Origin: Mobula hypostoma
Taxonomy: Eukaryota
Reading direction: 5' to 3'
Assembly (NCBI RefSeq): GCF_963921235.1
Contig: NC_086097.1
Location: 82,896,001 to 82,960,000 of the forward strand
DNA: 64,000 nt
Both the position numbers and the translations under genes were made by a program. The notes under the pieces are model-generated. The model had not been told where the DNA came from and made no database searches. It saw nothing but the letters and a program-made list of their open reading frames with translations. Of this stretch, positions 25,750 to 37,015 are shown piece by piece. Every line of letters begins with the position of its first letter. Position 1 is the first letter of the stretch.

Positions 25750-26085
25750 TGCACAAGAGATGCTGCAGATACTAGCAATCTTGAGCAAAACACACAAAAT
25801 GCTAGAGGAACTCAGCAGGTCAGGCAGCATCTATTGAGGGGAATGAAATAGTCAATTCGTTCAGGCCAAGACCATTCATCAGGACTGAATAAGAACGAGA
25901 AAGAAGTCAGAATAAGATAGTGGGGGGAGGGGAAGGAATACAAGCTGGTAGGTGATAGGTGAAACCAGCTGAGGGGGAAGGTGCATTGGTTGGGGAAGGA
26001 GATAAGGCAAGAAGCTGGAAGAGGTAAAGACCTGAAGAAAGAAGAAATTTTGTAGGAGAGGACAGCAAACCATTGAAGAAATCAT
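25750..26085 (-). mobile_element. Penelope-like element 3' terminus (pLTR)
   Basis: Same arm, hammerhead relic and purine-rich tract as 59722-60110. Confidence 0.75.
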
Positions 26086-26559
26086 CTTTCTGTCTAAAAA
26101 ACACCATTTCCTGTTTTATATCTTAAAGCTGATTAGTTTTTTCCATTTTCTCACTGTATCAAGATGACATTGACCTTGTTATGCTATAGGAAACAATTTT
26201 GTTTGCCAGTATTAAATATAGTGCCTTCTGAAATGATTTCTCAAAATCCATATGGCAACATCCCATCTATTGCATTCCCCTCAAGTATGTTCTCAGTAGC
26301 TTCATCAAAAATTTGGTTTGTCAAATGCAATTTGCCTTTTACAAATCTGTTCCTGGCTCAACTTAGCAACCAAAACGTCTTCAAGTGCTAGATAATTTTT
26401 CCTCCTGATTACGATTTCTAAAATCTCATGTTGCTACTGATGCAAAACAAAAAGATGGCAGTTAGACAATTGGCAGAACACAAAGAAAGGAGTGAAATTT
26501 AGTTGAAGAAGGCAGCGTTGCACAGTGGAATGACAGGACCATTGATTTCCTTATGCTGA

Positions 26560-27430
26560 TTTAGACTTAGTAAATAGGGCACAGTTTCCAAATATACAGA
26601 TCATATAGAACTTGGAGGCTTAATGAACTATGGTACTAGGTTTCAAGGAAGTAAACAAGCTGGTAGAATGAGCAGATAGATGGCAAATGAAATTTAATGC
26701 TGACAATTTTGAAATGTTATATTGTGGTAGGAAAAATGAAAAGAGGCAATATAAATTGGTAAACACAATTTTGAAAGAGATGCAAGAAAAGAGATCTTGG
26801 AGAAAATGTTCATTGTTTGTTGAAAATGAAAAGTTTCAAATGTGTTTACAGAAGTATATGACATTGTGGGCATTATATTTCTACACACACAAAGTACAAG
26901 AAGGTATGATGAACCTTTATTAAACAGTTTTTCAGCAAGGTAGTGGCCAGTTCTTGGGCATCCCTGTTTGGCAAAGATATAAAATCTCTGGAGCAGATGC
27001 AGATGAGATTTACCAAAATGATTCTATGGACGAGGAGCTTCAACTACACAGAGAGACTGCAGGAGCTGGGACAGAGATATTGTGAGGAAATTAGAACAAA
27101 GACATTTAAAATCATTAAGCAGATTATGAGAAATTGTTTCCATGGGGGTCGGGGGGGGGTGTCAAGATCAAGAATGAAGGTGATAAATGACAATCAGATT
27201 CATTAACATCCTTCATCTATTAAATATGACATGAGAGGAAAACTAGTCAGCAGATGGTTTAGGTCTGGAATGCACTGCCACTGATAATAGTGGAGGCATA
27301 TTTCAAAGAGCAGCTACTAAGGGTCCAAAAGCAAAAGGCAAAGGGTAAGGTAGCTTGCTGAATTGTAGAGACATAGAGATAGGGAGATACATAAAACAGG
27401 CCAAAGGGTCTCCTTCCCTGCTATAACAAT
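26560..27430 (+). mobile_element. Old CR1 3' fragment
   Basis: Remnants of WQMKFNAD, KDIKSLEQMQMRFTKMI and YTERLQELG. Confidence 0.65.
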
Positions 27431-27759
27431 TACGCAATTCAGGGTACCTACATTTAATCTTTCCAACTTTGATTTTAAGTTATTCCCTCAAATGTAATGT
27501 TCAAGACCGGTGATCCAGAACTCTTCAAAAGTCCAGGTACAATGTGCAGTAGTGTGTTGAAAGAGTGAAAAAGCAATTCCAAGTGAAGTTAGAGATGCAA
27601 TTGGATGTACATCAACTTTGGCAAGCTTTGCATGCCAAAAAGTTCCCATAAGGTGAAGCCTAACATCATAATGTCTGTGATCCCCAGTGAGCACCTGGTC
27701 ATCTGTTTCTGAGGCCAACAACAGAACATATTTTAAGAAGGTGAGCACACACAAGGTTT

Positions 27760-29130
27760 GATGGTGTACCCGGCAGGGTATTGAAAACCTGTCCCAACAA
27801 ACTTACTGGAATGTTCAGGGATATCTGCACTTCTCACTGCTACCTGCAGTCAGAAGTTTCCACCTGCTTCAAAAGGGCATCAATCATACTGGTGTCCAAG
27901 TAGCACAGAGAGAACTGCCTCAACAACTATCACTTGGCGGCACTCACGTCTACTGTGATGAAGTACTATGACAGGTTGGTTGTGGCTTCAATTAATTCCT
28001 GCCTGAGCAAGGACCTGAACTGCTGCAATTTGCCTACCACTACAACAGGTCGACAGCAGATTCAATTTCATTTGTCCTTCTCTTAGCCTTGGATCACCAG
28101 GACAATAATATTTATGTTAGGTTGCTGTTATTTGATTACAGTTCAGCATTCAACACCATCATCCCCTCAGTACCAATCAACAAGTTTCAAAACCTGGGCC
28201 TTTGTACCTCATTCTGCAACGAGATCCTTGACTTCCTCATCAGGATATCACAGTCGATAGGATCAGAAATAACCTCCTCACTGCAATCAACACAGGCATA
28301 CTTCAAAGATACATAATTATCCCACTACTCTACTCTACACTCTCCACACTCATGACTGTGTAGCTGAAACACAGTCTACAAGTTCAACGATGAAACAACT
28401 GTTGTTGCTAGAATCCCAGACAGTGACAAGGAGGCCTACAGAAGTGAGACAGATTGACTGGTTGAGTGGTGGCACAACAACAACTTTGTACTCAATGTCC
28501 GGAAGGCCAAGGAATTGATCATGGACTTCAGGAAAAGGAAGTCGGGAGAATGCAGACTAGCCCTTACTGAGGGATCAGCACTGGAAAGGGTGAGCAGATT
28601 CAAGTTCCCGAGTGTCAATATATCCGATGATCTATCCTGGACTCGATACATTACCAAATACTCTAACAAATTTCTGCAGCTGTAGCGTGGAGAGTATTCT
28701 GACTGGTTATATCACTGTAAGGCATGGAGACTCCAATGCACAGAATTGAAAACAAAAAGCTGCCGAGGCTTGTAGGATCTGCCACCTCCATCATGGTGCC
28801 TAGTCTCCCCACCATCAAGGATGACTTCTAAAGGCAATGCCTTAATACATCCATCATTAAAGGCCTTCTCCATCCAGGACATACCCTTTATCATTACTAC
28901 CAAAAGGGAGGAGATACAGGAGCTTGAAGACATACAATCAATACTTTAGGAACAACTACTTCCCCTCTGCTATCCATGAACGATCCATAAACCCATGGAC
29001 AGTATTTTCCTCTCTTTTAGCTCTATTTACTTACTTTATATATGTATTTCTAATTGTTATTGTTTCTGTATTGCTCTGTAAAAAGAACAAATTTCATCAA
29101 ATGTCAGCTCTGATCAATCTCATTGTGATT
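27760..29130 (+). mobile_element. Rex1/Babar-type LINE RT relic
   Basis: Motifs PTCFK.ASII.V.K, LQFAY..NRSTAD, YVRLLLFDYSSAFNTIIP, KELIMDFRK and FRNNYFPSAI. Confidence 0.8.
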
Positions 29131-30190
29131 CCTTAACTTGTCTCTTATTTCTTTCTCTCAGTTTATGATGTTACACGGTTTCAGCTGATTGTTTAAATGT
29201 GGGTATCTGGAGCTTTCAGGGCATGGCTTAGAATCAAGGTAATGACCAGAAAAATAGCCTCGTGGGAGTGTGTCATTACATTAGTAAAGAGGAGAGGAGC
29301 AAGTCATAAGATTTCTACTGGAGAGAAATGTGTTTTTGATGTAAAAGCATTGAAAAACTTTGACAAAACTGTAGCATTATCAGCACAAAGAAAGGAACAG
29401 ATGTCTAATTGAGATAATTGCTGGCTATATATGAAGGAAACTTAAGAAAATGTTGTAGTGCAGTATAAATCTTCCCTAGAACTTAAAAGCAGGAGTGAAA
29501 ATGTGACAGACATAATGGATTTTGTTTCTCTGTAGCGTTTGGCATTTATACTTTATGCTAATAATTTTGTACTAGATTGTGTTCTGTCCTCCCATTTGTT
29601 TGTTTATTTGGGATATGAGCCATTTGGCTAAAAGTATGCTCTCATTTTTAATGCTTCCTGTTTTCAGCAAATGCTTTCCATTAATGCCTTGGTCAGGCCT
29701 TTTAATGTCCTGCCATCCTCAGAATTTGTTTGTGGAAAATTGTTCTCACAATTGAAAACTATTTACATTAGTATTCTTTGCAGGATGTTAAGTTTATATG
29801 ATGCACATGATACCAAGTTCTCATCACAGTAATATAAATCCAGTTAGGGTACATGTCATTTAACACATATTGCAATGACTGTGTACAATGTTTGGCTGCT
29901 CATTCTCTATAGTGGCAGTCGCTCTCAGAATGGATTTGTGCATGGAAAGAAGACGTCTTGTCAGTTGTGAATGCTTTTCCTATTCCTATAGGAACGATTT
30001 TCCTATTTTAATTTTATATTAACTTTAATTCAGACTATTAAATAGAGATGGAGACAGACTTAGGAATAGTGAATGAAGCATATGTGAACAGAGAAAATTA
30101 GACAAGAGAGCCACCGAGGAAATGAGATGGAGCAAGATAAAAATGCAGAGATAAATAAAGTGGGAAACTTGAAATGAAGTCACTACTGTA

Positions 30191-30410
30191 CAAAGCAACA
30201 CACAAAATGCTGGAGGAACTCAGCGTGTCAGGCAGCATCTCTGGAAAAGAGTAAATAGTCGATGTTTTGGGTCAAGACCCTTCTTCAGGACTTCAGCCCA
30301 AAATGTCAACTATTTATTCATTTCTATAGGTGCTGCCTGACCTGCTGAGTTCCACCAGCATTTTGTGCACTTTGCTTTGGATTTCCAGCATCTTTGGATT
30401 TTCTGGTGCA
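30191..30410. mobile_element. Palindromic PLE-terminus mini-element
   Basis: Inverted arms of about 85 bp (caaagcaacacacaaaatgctgg...ttttggg versus cccaaaa...ccagcattttgtgcactttgctttg) around a short spacer. Confidence 0.8.
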
Positions 30411-30949
30411 TGTGATTTACTACAGTACATAAATGGTTTTGCTTCTGTATCTGGGCAATTACTGATCTGTGCTGTCATTTATTTGAGCAATCTTGTTTTT
30501 TTTATTAATAGTAGGATGCTAATAATTACTGTGATGAAGCTGAGCTTTGACTATTCCCATCCCATCTATGTAAAAAGACAGGGCAGTGGAAAAGATGATG
30601 CAGTAAAAGAAAAGTGAGATTGAAAATAAACATTGCAGATACCGGAAATCTGAAATAAATCAGAAAATGCCAGAAATGCTCAACAGGTCAGGTAGCATCA
30701 GTAAAGTAAGAAATAGAACTGGTATTTTAAATCAATGACCCTTGTTTTTATTTACATCAGAAAACTGAGAATGTTTAAATTCTAAGAATAAGATTTCTCA
30801 GAGGGAAACTGACCTGTCCAATAAAAAGTACAAAATGATTTATGGTTAACTGTGCAAAATAGAGGAGTATGAAAATAATTTTGAGGATAACAGCACTCAC
30901 TTGCTATCAAAATTGGATTACATTGGACCTTCTTTATCAGTGACATGCA

Positions 30950-31745
30950 ATCATTGTAATTCCCTTGTCCATTCGCACCTCCCATCCCTTCCCACTGATC
31001 TCCCTACTGGCACTTATCCTTGTAAGCAGAACAAGTGCTACACATCACATGCCCTTATTCTCCCTCCCTCGCCATCATTTAGGGCCCCAGACAGTCCTTC
31101 CAGGTGAGGCAACACTTCACTTGTGTGTCAGCTGGGGTGATATACTGCATCCGGTGCTCCCGGTGCGGCCTTCTATATATTGGCGAGACCTGATGCAGGC
31201 TGGGAGATTATTTCGCTGAACACCTACACTCTGTCCGCCAGAGAAAGCACGATCTCCCAGTGGCCACACATTTTAATTCCAACACACTATATTCCGTCTG
31301 GGTAGCCTCCAACCTGATGGCATGAACATTGACTTCTCTAACTTCCACTAGTGTCCCACTTCCCTTCGTACCCCATCCCTTATTAATCCCCTTTTTTCCC
31401 CTCTCTCTTTTTTCTCCCTGTGCCTCTCACTATAACTCCTGGCCTGCTCTTCATCCTCTGGGCTCCCCTCCCTCTTTCTTTCTCCCTAGGCTTCCCGTCC
31501 CATGATCCTCTCCCTTTTCCAGCCTCATATCCCTTTTGCCAATCAGCTTCCCAGCTTTTAGCTCCATCCCTCCTCCTCCTGTCTTCTCCTATCATTGTGG
31601 ATCTCCCCCTCCCCCTCCCACTTTCAAATCTCTTACTATCTCTTCTTTCAGTTAGTCCTGATGAAGGGTCTCGGCCCGAAACGTCAACTGTACCTCTTCC
31701 TAGAGGTGCTGCCTGGCCTGCTGCGTTCACCAGCATTTTTTGTGT
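30950..31745 (+). mobile_element. 5'-truncated Penelope-like element (GIY-YIG relic and pLTR)
   Basis: Translates to GVIYCIRCSRCGLLYIGET...LGDYFAEHL...PVATHFN...RLGSLQPDGMNIDFSNF, followed by a pyrimidine tract and hammerhead. Confidence 0.9.
31654..31690 (+). ncRNA. Minimal type I hammerhead ribozyme motif in the PLE terminus
   Basis: agtc CTGATGA a gggt-ctcg-gccc GAAAC GTC aactg. Catalytic core intact; palindromic ACGT stem III with no loop; predicted cleavage after C31685; first stem I pair mismatched (C/A). Confidence 0.75.
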
Positions 31746-33199
31746 ATGCTCATTGTAATCTGAATCATTTTGACAAATCTCATCTGCACCCTCTCTTACA
31801 CCTTCCTAAAGACATCAACCAAATCCCATTAGGATCATTTCCAGGTGAAATTGGGCCACATCCTGCCAGGATCCACAGCATCAAATGTCCACCTAATGAA
31901 ATCAGTTGCTGTGGAATGCACATCTGAAGCATTCTAGATTAAACAGCAGATCCTGGGTCCAAAAAAATGGCCACCATTTGTCAGCACAAATGACATGATA
32001 AAAAAGCTGTTGAAATTTATATTTAGATGCTATTTAAAACAACTACTTGGTTTACAGCAGAGCAACTCACAAGGCAACTTCAGACTTTACTTGTGATTGT
32101 GACACACAATCCAATATATTCAAGTATTTGTTAGAACTAGCACTGTTTTTTTTTGTTTGAGAATGTAATTACAAGGAAATTATTTAGTGGGTACCTCACT
32201 TGGACTCATTTAACATGTGAGTCACGGTCTCTGTGTCTTTGAGCTTAGCGAGGTGCTACATTTTCCAAAGAAGCCTATTCCCATCTTGTAATCTTCCCCC
32301 TATTCCTGGAAGTATCTGAAAGAAGAATAAAATAATTATTACTCAGGCTCCGTTGCTTAAGCATAAAGAACATAATAATAAAAAAACACAATATAAACAC
32401 CATCCTATTAAACTCAATATATAAGTAACTGTGGGAGTAAATTATGAAGATGCATGCATGCCTATCTACCTGTGGGTGTAAATGGCAGTGTTAAATTATA
32501 ATTGCTATTTAATGCAATAAATAGCAAGTGTTGTAAAGGTCACCTTGACATCTTAAGAGATGTCTCCATATTTTCTTCTGGCACTGCTTCATCTTTATCC
32601 CTTGCGGCATGTCTTCTTCCCTCCTGGAAAGTAATTTATTCAATGCCTTACAAAGAAAACCTTGGTTCTTTCTCCAGTTCTCTCCTCCATGGCAGCATAC
32701 TGTTCGCTGCTGTCATCCACGAGGAGTGTGCCTTTAAAAGTTGACACCGTTCTCTGCTCTGCAGCAAATTGTCAGGAGATGCAACAAATTTAAAATTATC
32801 CCATTGGGACCCATGCAATTTGTGACTTAAACCACTTTTTTTTGGGTGGAAACTATATTCATGCTGTTATGCACCAGTTAAAGCTGTTTTCATTGTCTTT
32901 TTGGGGTGATCAGTTTGGCTTCAATGCTAAGCGCAACAATCTTGAAGTGCAACAAAAAGTGAAGTCCAGTATCCAGACAACTACGGTTCAGCGGCAACTT
33001 ACGAGTGCAGGAGCAAAGTTTGTTATGTAAACACTGAATCTACTATTGCATTGCACTTGCTCCTGTTTTGTGTACAGGATTCCCAGAGAACTATGTGGTG
33101 TAAAGCTCCTGTGTGGACATCCTGAACATGGACTGAAGTCACGAGAAATAGGGAGTTTTCCTTTGAAGAGCCTGATAACTCTTAATAAATCCCAATAAT

Positions 33200-33410
33200 G
33201 GAACATTTCCTCAGAACTACTGAGAGTGCAGCCCACCTTCTGTACTGCTTTTCTCACTCTTCAACATTCCTTCATACTGCCCTATCAACAATGCAGACTG
33301 CCCCAAAACTACTCTTCTAAAGTAATAGAGTACAACTCCCCTGCCAAAAGCAGCACACCCTCAGTATTGCTCTTCCAACAATACAGCATTTGCTCATGAC
33401 ATCATCTGCA
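33200..33410. repeat. Degenerate minisatellite-like tandem of about 33-bp units
   Basis: Recurring cagcac..cct(c)agta(c/t)tgc.c...caacaat.cag units. Confidence 0.35.
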
Positions 33411-33957
33411 TGTGATCAAGATATTACACACAGCTTATCCAAACCAATCCAAAATTAAGAACCCAATGGTAAGACAGCTGCCAAATGAATCAAACTGAAA
33501 TAAATAATATAACATATCACTGTTCTTTTCAGGGTTTAAATTGATCTTTGCAGTTTCTTCATACCTGTTTTTTCTTTAAAAAAAATCAACAAATCATTCT
33601 AAATGAATCAGCTGTTGACATTTTCTTGAACATTCAATGATGTGATCACGGATGTGTGAGTGAAATGGCTAGGATAATGTAATATCATTAAAGTAGTCCA
33701 AAGTAATCTTTCAATATTAATATCCTTTCCAATGTTAAATCCCATCGGCAACAATGATCCACTGAATTTTCACGTTCTCATGCCTTGTAAAAGCTATCTG
33801 TTGCCAATAGAGAGAAAATAAAGCCAGTTTACATGAATGAAGTATCCAGGAAAACAAAAGTTTGATATTCTAGTGTTGTACACAATCATTTTCCTATCTC
33901 CTCAAGCAAATCCTCAAAAGAAATGAATAAAATACTTGAACAAGTCACAGCCCTTCA

Positions 33958-34125
33958 AGCAAAACAACAAAATGCTGGATACACTCAACTGGTCAGGCAT
34001 CATGTGTGGAAAGAGATCAAAGTCATTTGCGTAAATTACTAATGATGCTTCTCATTCCACAGATGCTACCAGATCTATTGAAATTTTCTACTATTTCATT
34101 TTTATTTCTGATTTCAGGCATTTTT
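33958..34125. mobile_element. Old palindromic PLE-terminus mini-element
   Basis: aaaatgctggatacactcaactggtcaggcatcatgtgtgga is mirrored by tccacagatgctaccagatctattgaaattttctactattt. Confidence 0.55.
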
Positions 34126-34554
34126 CTTCACGGCTGTCTGATACGAACATTTCAACTCGAGCACAGGGAAACTCTTTATATTCTGATTGTTTTTGCTGCT
34201 CTAAAATATGCAGCAATTTAGTTATTAAATATTTTGTATTCAGTAATTAGGCAGTTAAAGATTCTGCAAATGAATAGTCATATAGAGTGTAGAACACAAA
34301 GCCTGCATACTACAGGCTCTTTGGCCCACAGTATTGTGCCAACCATTTAATCTAACCCTTCACTTCCACATAGCCCTACATTTTTCTTTCATCCACGTGC
34401 CTATCTAAGATCTCTTGTATGCCCCTGATGTATCTGCCTCTACCACCACCAATGGCAGTGCACTGTCTTCACCACTGCGTTTTGAAAAAATCTGCCTATG
34501 ACCTCTCCCCTACATTCTCCTCCCTACACCTTAAAAGTTATTTGCCCTCATATT

Positions 34555-34692
34555 CCCCTCAAGTCCTGATGAAGGGGCTCAGCCTGATACATTGACTGTT
34601 CACTCTTTTCCATAGATGCTACCTGGCCTGCCGAGTTCCTCCAGAATTTTGTGTGCGTGGGTTGAATTTCCAGCATCTGCAGATATTCTATC
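34555..34692 (+). mobile_element. PLE terminus with degenerate hammerhead, nested in CR1
   Basis: agtcCTGATGAaggggctcagcctGATACATTgact followed by the standard arm. Confidence 0.7.
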
Positions 34693-36008
34693 GTCCCCTT
34701 GTATTAGTCATTTCTACTCTGGGAAAAACTCTCTGGATACCTACTTGATCTATGCCTCCTATCATTTTCTACACCTCTCTCAAGTCACCTCTCATCCTCC
34801 TCTCCTAAAAACACCCGGCTCACTCAACCTATCCTCATAAAATATACTCTCTAATCCAGTCTTTGTCATGGTAAATCTCCCCAGCACCATCTCAGAAGCT
34901 TTCCTTTCCTTCCTATAATGCGACGGCCAGAACTGAACACAATATTCCAAGTGCGGTCTAACCAGAGTTCTATAGAGCTGCAACATTACTCTGTGGCTCT
35001 TGAAATCAATCCCCCAACCAACGAAGACTGACACACCACTGGCCTGCAGTACTTTGCAATGAACTTTGAGGGATTTATGGATATGAACACTAAAAGGAAC
35101 TTTGTTCTCCACACTGGTAAGAATCCTGCCATTAACCCAATATTCTTCACATTCTTCAGACGGAACTGCTGTCTGCCACTTCTCAGCTCAGCTCTGCGTC
35201 CTAACAATGTCATATTGTAACCTACGACAACCTCCTATCCTATCCACAACTCCAGCAAACGTCGTGTTATCTGTAAAGTTACTAACCCACCCTTCCACTT
35301 CCTCAAAGTAATTTATAATAATGAATGGATGAGAAGAGCAGGAGTACCAGAACAGATCCCTGCAGAACATCACTGGTTACTGACCTCCAGGTAGAATATG
35401 CCCTAAGTGCTATCCCATTCTACCTACCATGGGCTAGCCAGTTCTGTATCCACACAGACAAGTGTCCCTGGATCCAATGAATCCTGACATTTTGAATATG
35501 TCTACCATAGGGAACCTTGTCAAATGCCTTACTAAAATACACCACATCCACTGCTCTGCCTTCATCACTGTTTATTTTTTCACTTCCTCAAAGGGTTCGG
35601 TCCTGCTTGTGAGGCATGATCTGCTACTCACAAAAACACGCTGACTATCCCTCATCAGACTATGCTTCTCCAAATGCTCATAAATCCTGTTTCCAGGAAT
35701 CCTCTCCAATAGCTTGCCCCAGCACTGATGTAAGACTCACTGGTCTATAAATCCCAGATTATCCCCGTTACCTTTCTTGAACAAAGGAATAACATTTGCC
35801 ATCTATCAGTCCTCTGGTACTACTCCTAAGCCAGTGAGGATGCAGCAATCGCTTCCCTCACTTCCTGTAGTAACATCTGGTATATTCCTTCCAGCTCTGG
35901 GGATTTGTCTGTCCTAATGTTTTCCAAAAGTTCAAGTACATCCTCTTTCTGGATGTCATCACGTTCCAGCATTTCAATCTGTTCACATTCATCATGGTCC
36001 CTCCCACT

Positions 36009-36088
36009 CAGGTGATCCCAACCTGGCATCTACAGACCCTTCAGTAAATGGTAAAGGTCCATGGCATCAAAAAGGTTGGAAACCCCTG
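36009..36088. mobile_element. 80-bp MITE with hAT-like termini, nested in CR1
   Basis: Inverted ends CAGGtgatcccaacc...ggttggaaaccCCTG interrupt the CR1 sequence ggtccctcccact|tcactggggaatactg. No clean 8-bp TSD. Confidence 0.5.
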
Positions 36089-36469
36089 TCACTGGGGAAT
36101 ACTGAAGCAAAATATTCATTAAGGACCTCCCCTCCATCCTCCAATTCCAGGTATACGTTACCTCACTAACCCTGATCTACCTTAATTTTGGCCATCCTCC
36201 AGCTCTTCACATATATGTAGAATGCCTTGGGGTTTTTTCTTTAATCCTACTCACCAAGGCCTTCCCATGCCCCTTCTAGCTCTCCTAAGTCCATTCTTCA
36301 GCGCCATTAAAGCTACCTTGTAACTATCGAGACCCTCGATCTGATCCTTGCTTCCTAAACCTTGAGTATGCTTCTTTCTTCATCTTGACAAGATCGGTTC
36401 CTTCACCCTACCGTCCTTTCCCTGCCCCAATGGCACAAACCGGAACCCCATACAAGTACTTCCAAAATA

Positions 36470-37015
36470 AATTGTTCAATTTAATATCAGAGAATGTATG
36501 CAGTATACAACCTGAAACTCTTACTTTTTGCAGATATCCATGAAACAAAAAGAAACCCTAAAGAATGAATGACGGAAAGACCAGAACCACAAAGACCCAT
36601 CCCTCTTCCATGCACAAGCATGACCCTCCTCCCCCTCCCTCAACCCCCACTTGCACCTGCAAAAGCACCGAACCTCCTACCCACCACCATGCAAGCAACA
36701 GCAAAAGCTCCCAAAGAGACCTTGGTCTAGAGTCCATCAAAAATCTACAGCCCACTTTGGTATCTCAGAGAGGCACTCTCTCACCAGCGAGGGAGAGAGA
36801 GATCACTCCTGCATCAAGAGGATCACTGTTACGAAGTTACAATCTTCCACGTTGCTTCTCTGAGCCCCCTGACTTGAGGTCCGACAGGCTTTCACTCACC
36901 AAAATGAGAGAGGGGGAAATCACTCGAGTACAAGGTCTTCTTCCGACAGCAGTGCATACCTCCTGCTGTCTCGATGCTTCAGTCTCCCGCCACACTTCAG
37001 TCGACAACATCTGCA
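36470..37015 (-). mobile_element. Unclassified non-coding insertion in the CR1, probably a non-autonomous retroelement
   Basis: Interrupts CR1 collinearity. The minus strand ends ...ctgatattaaattgaacaat, like a LINE 3' end. Confidence 0.45.
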
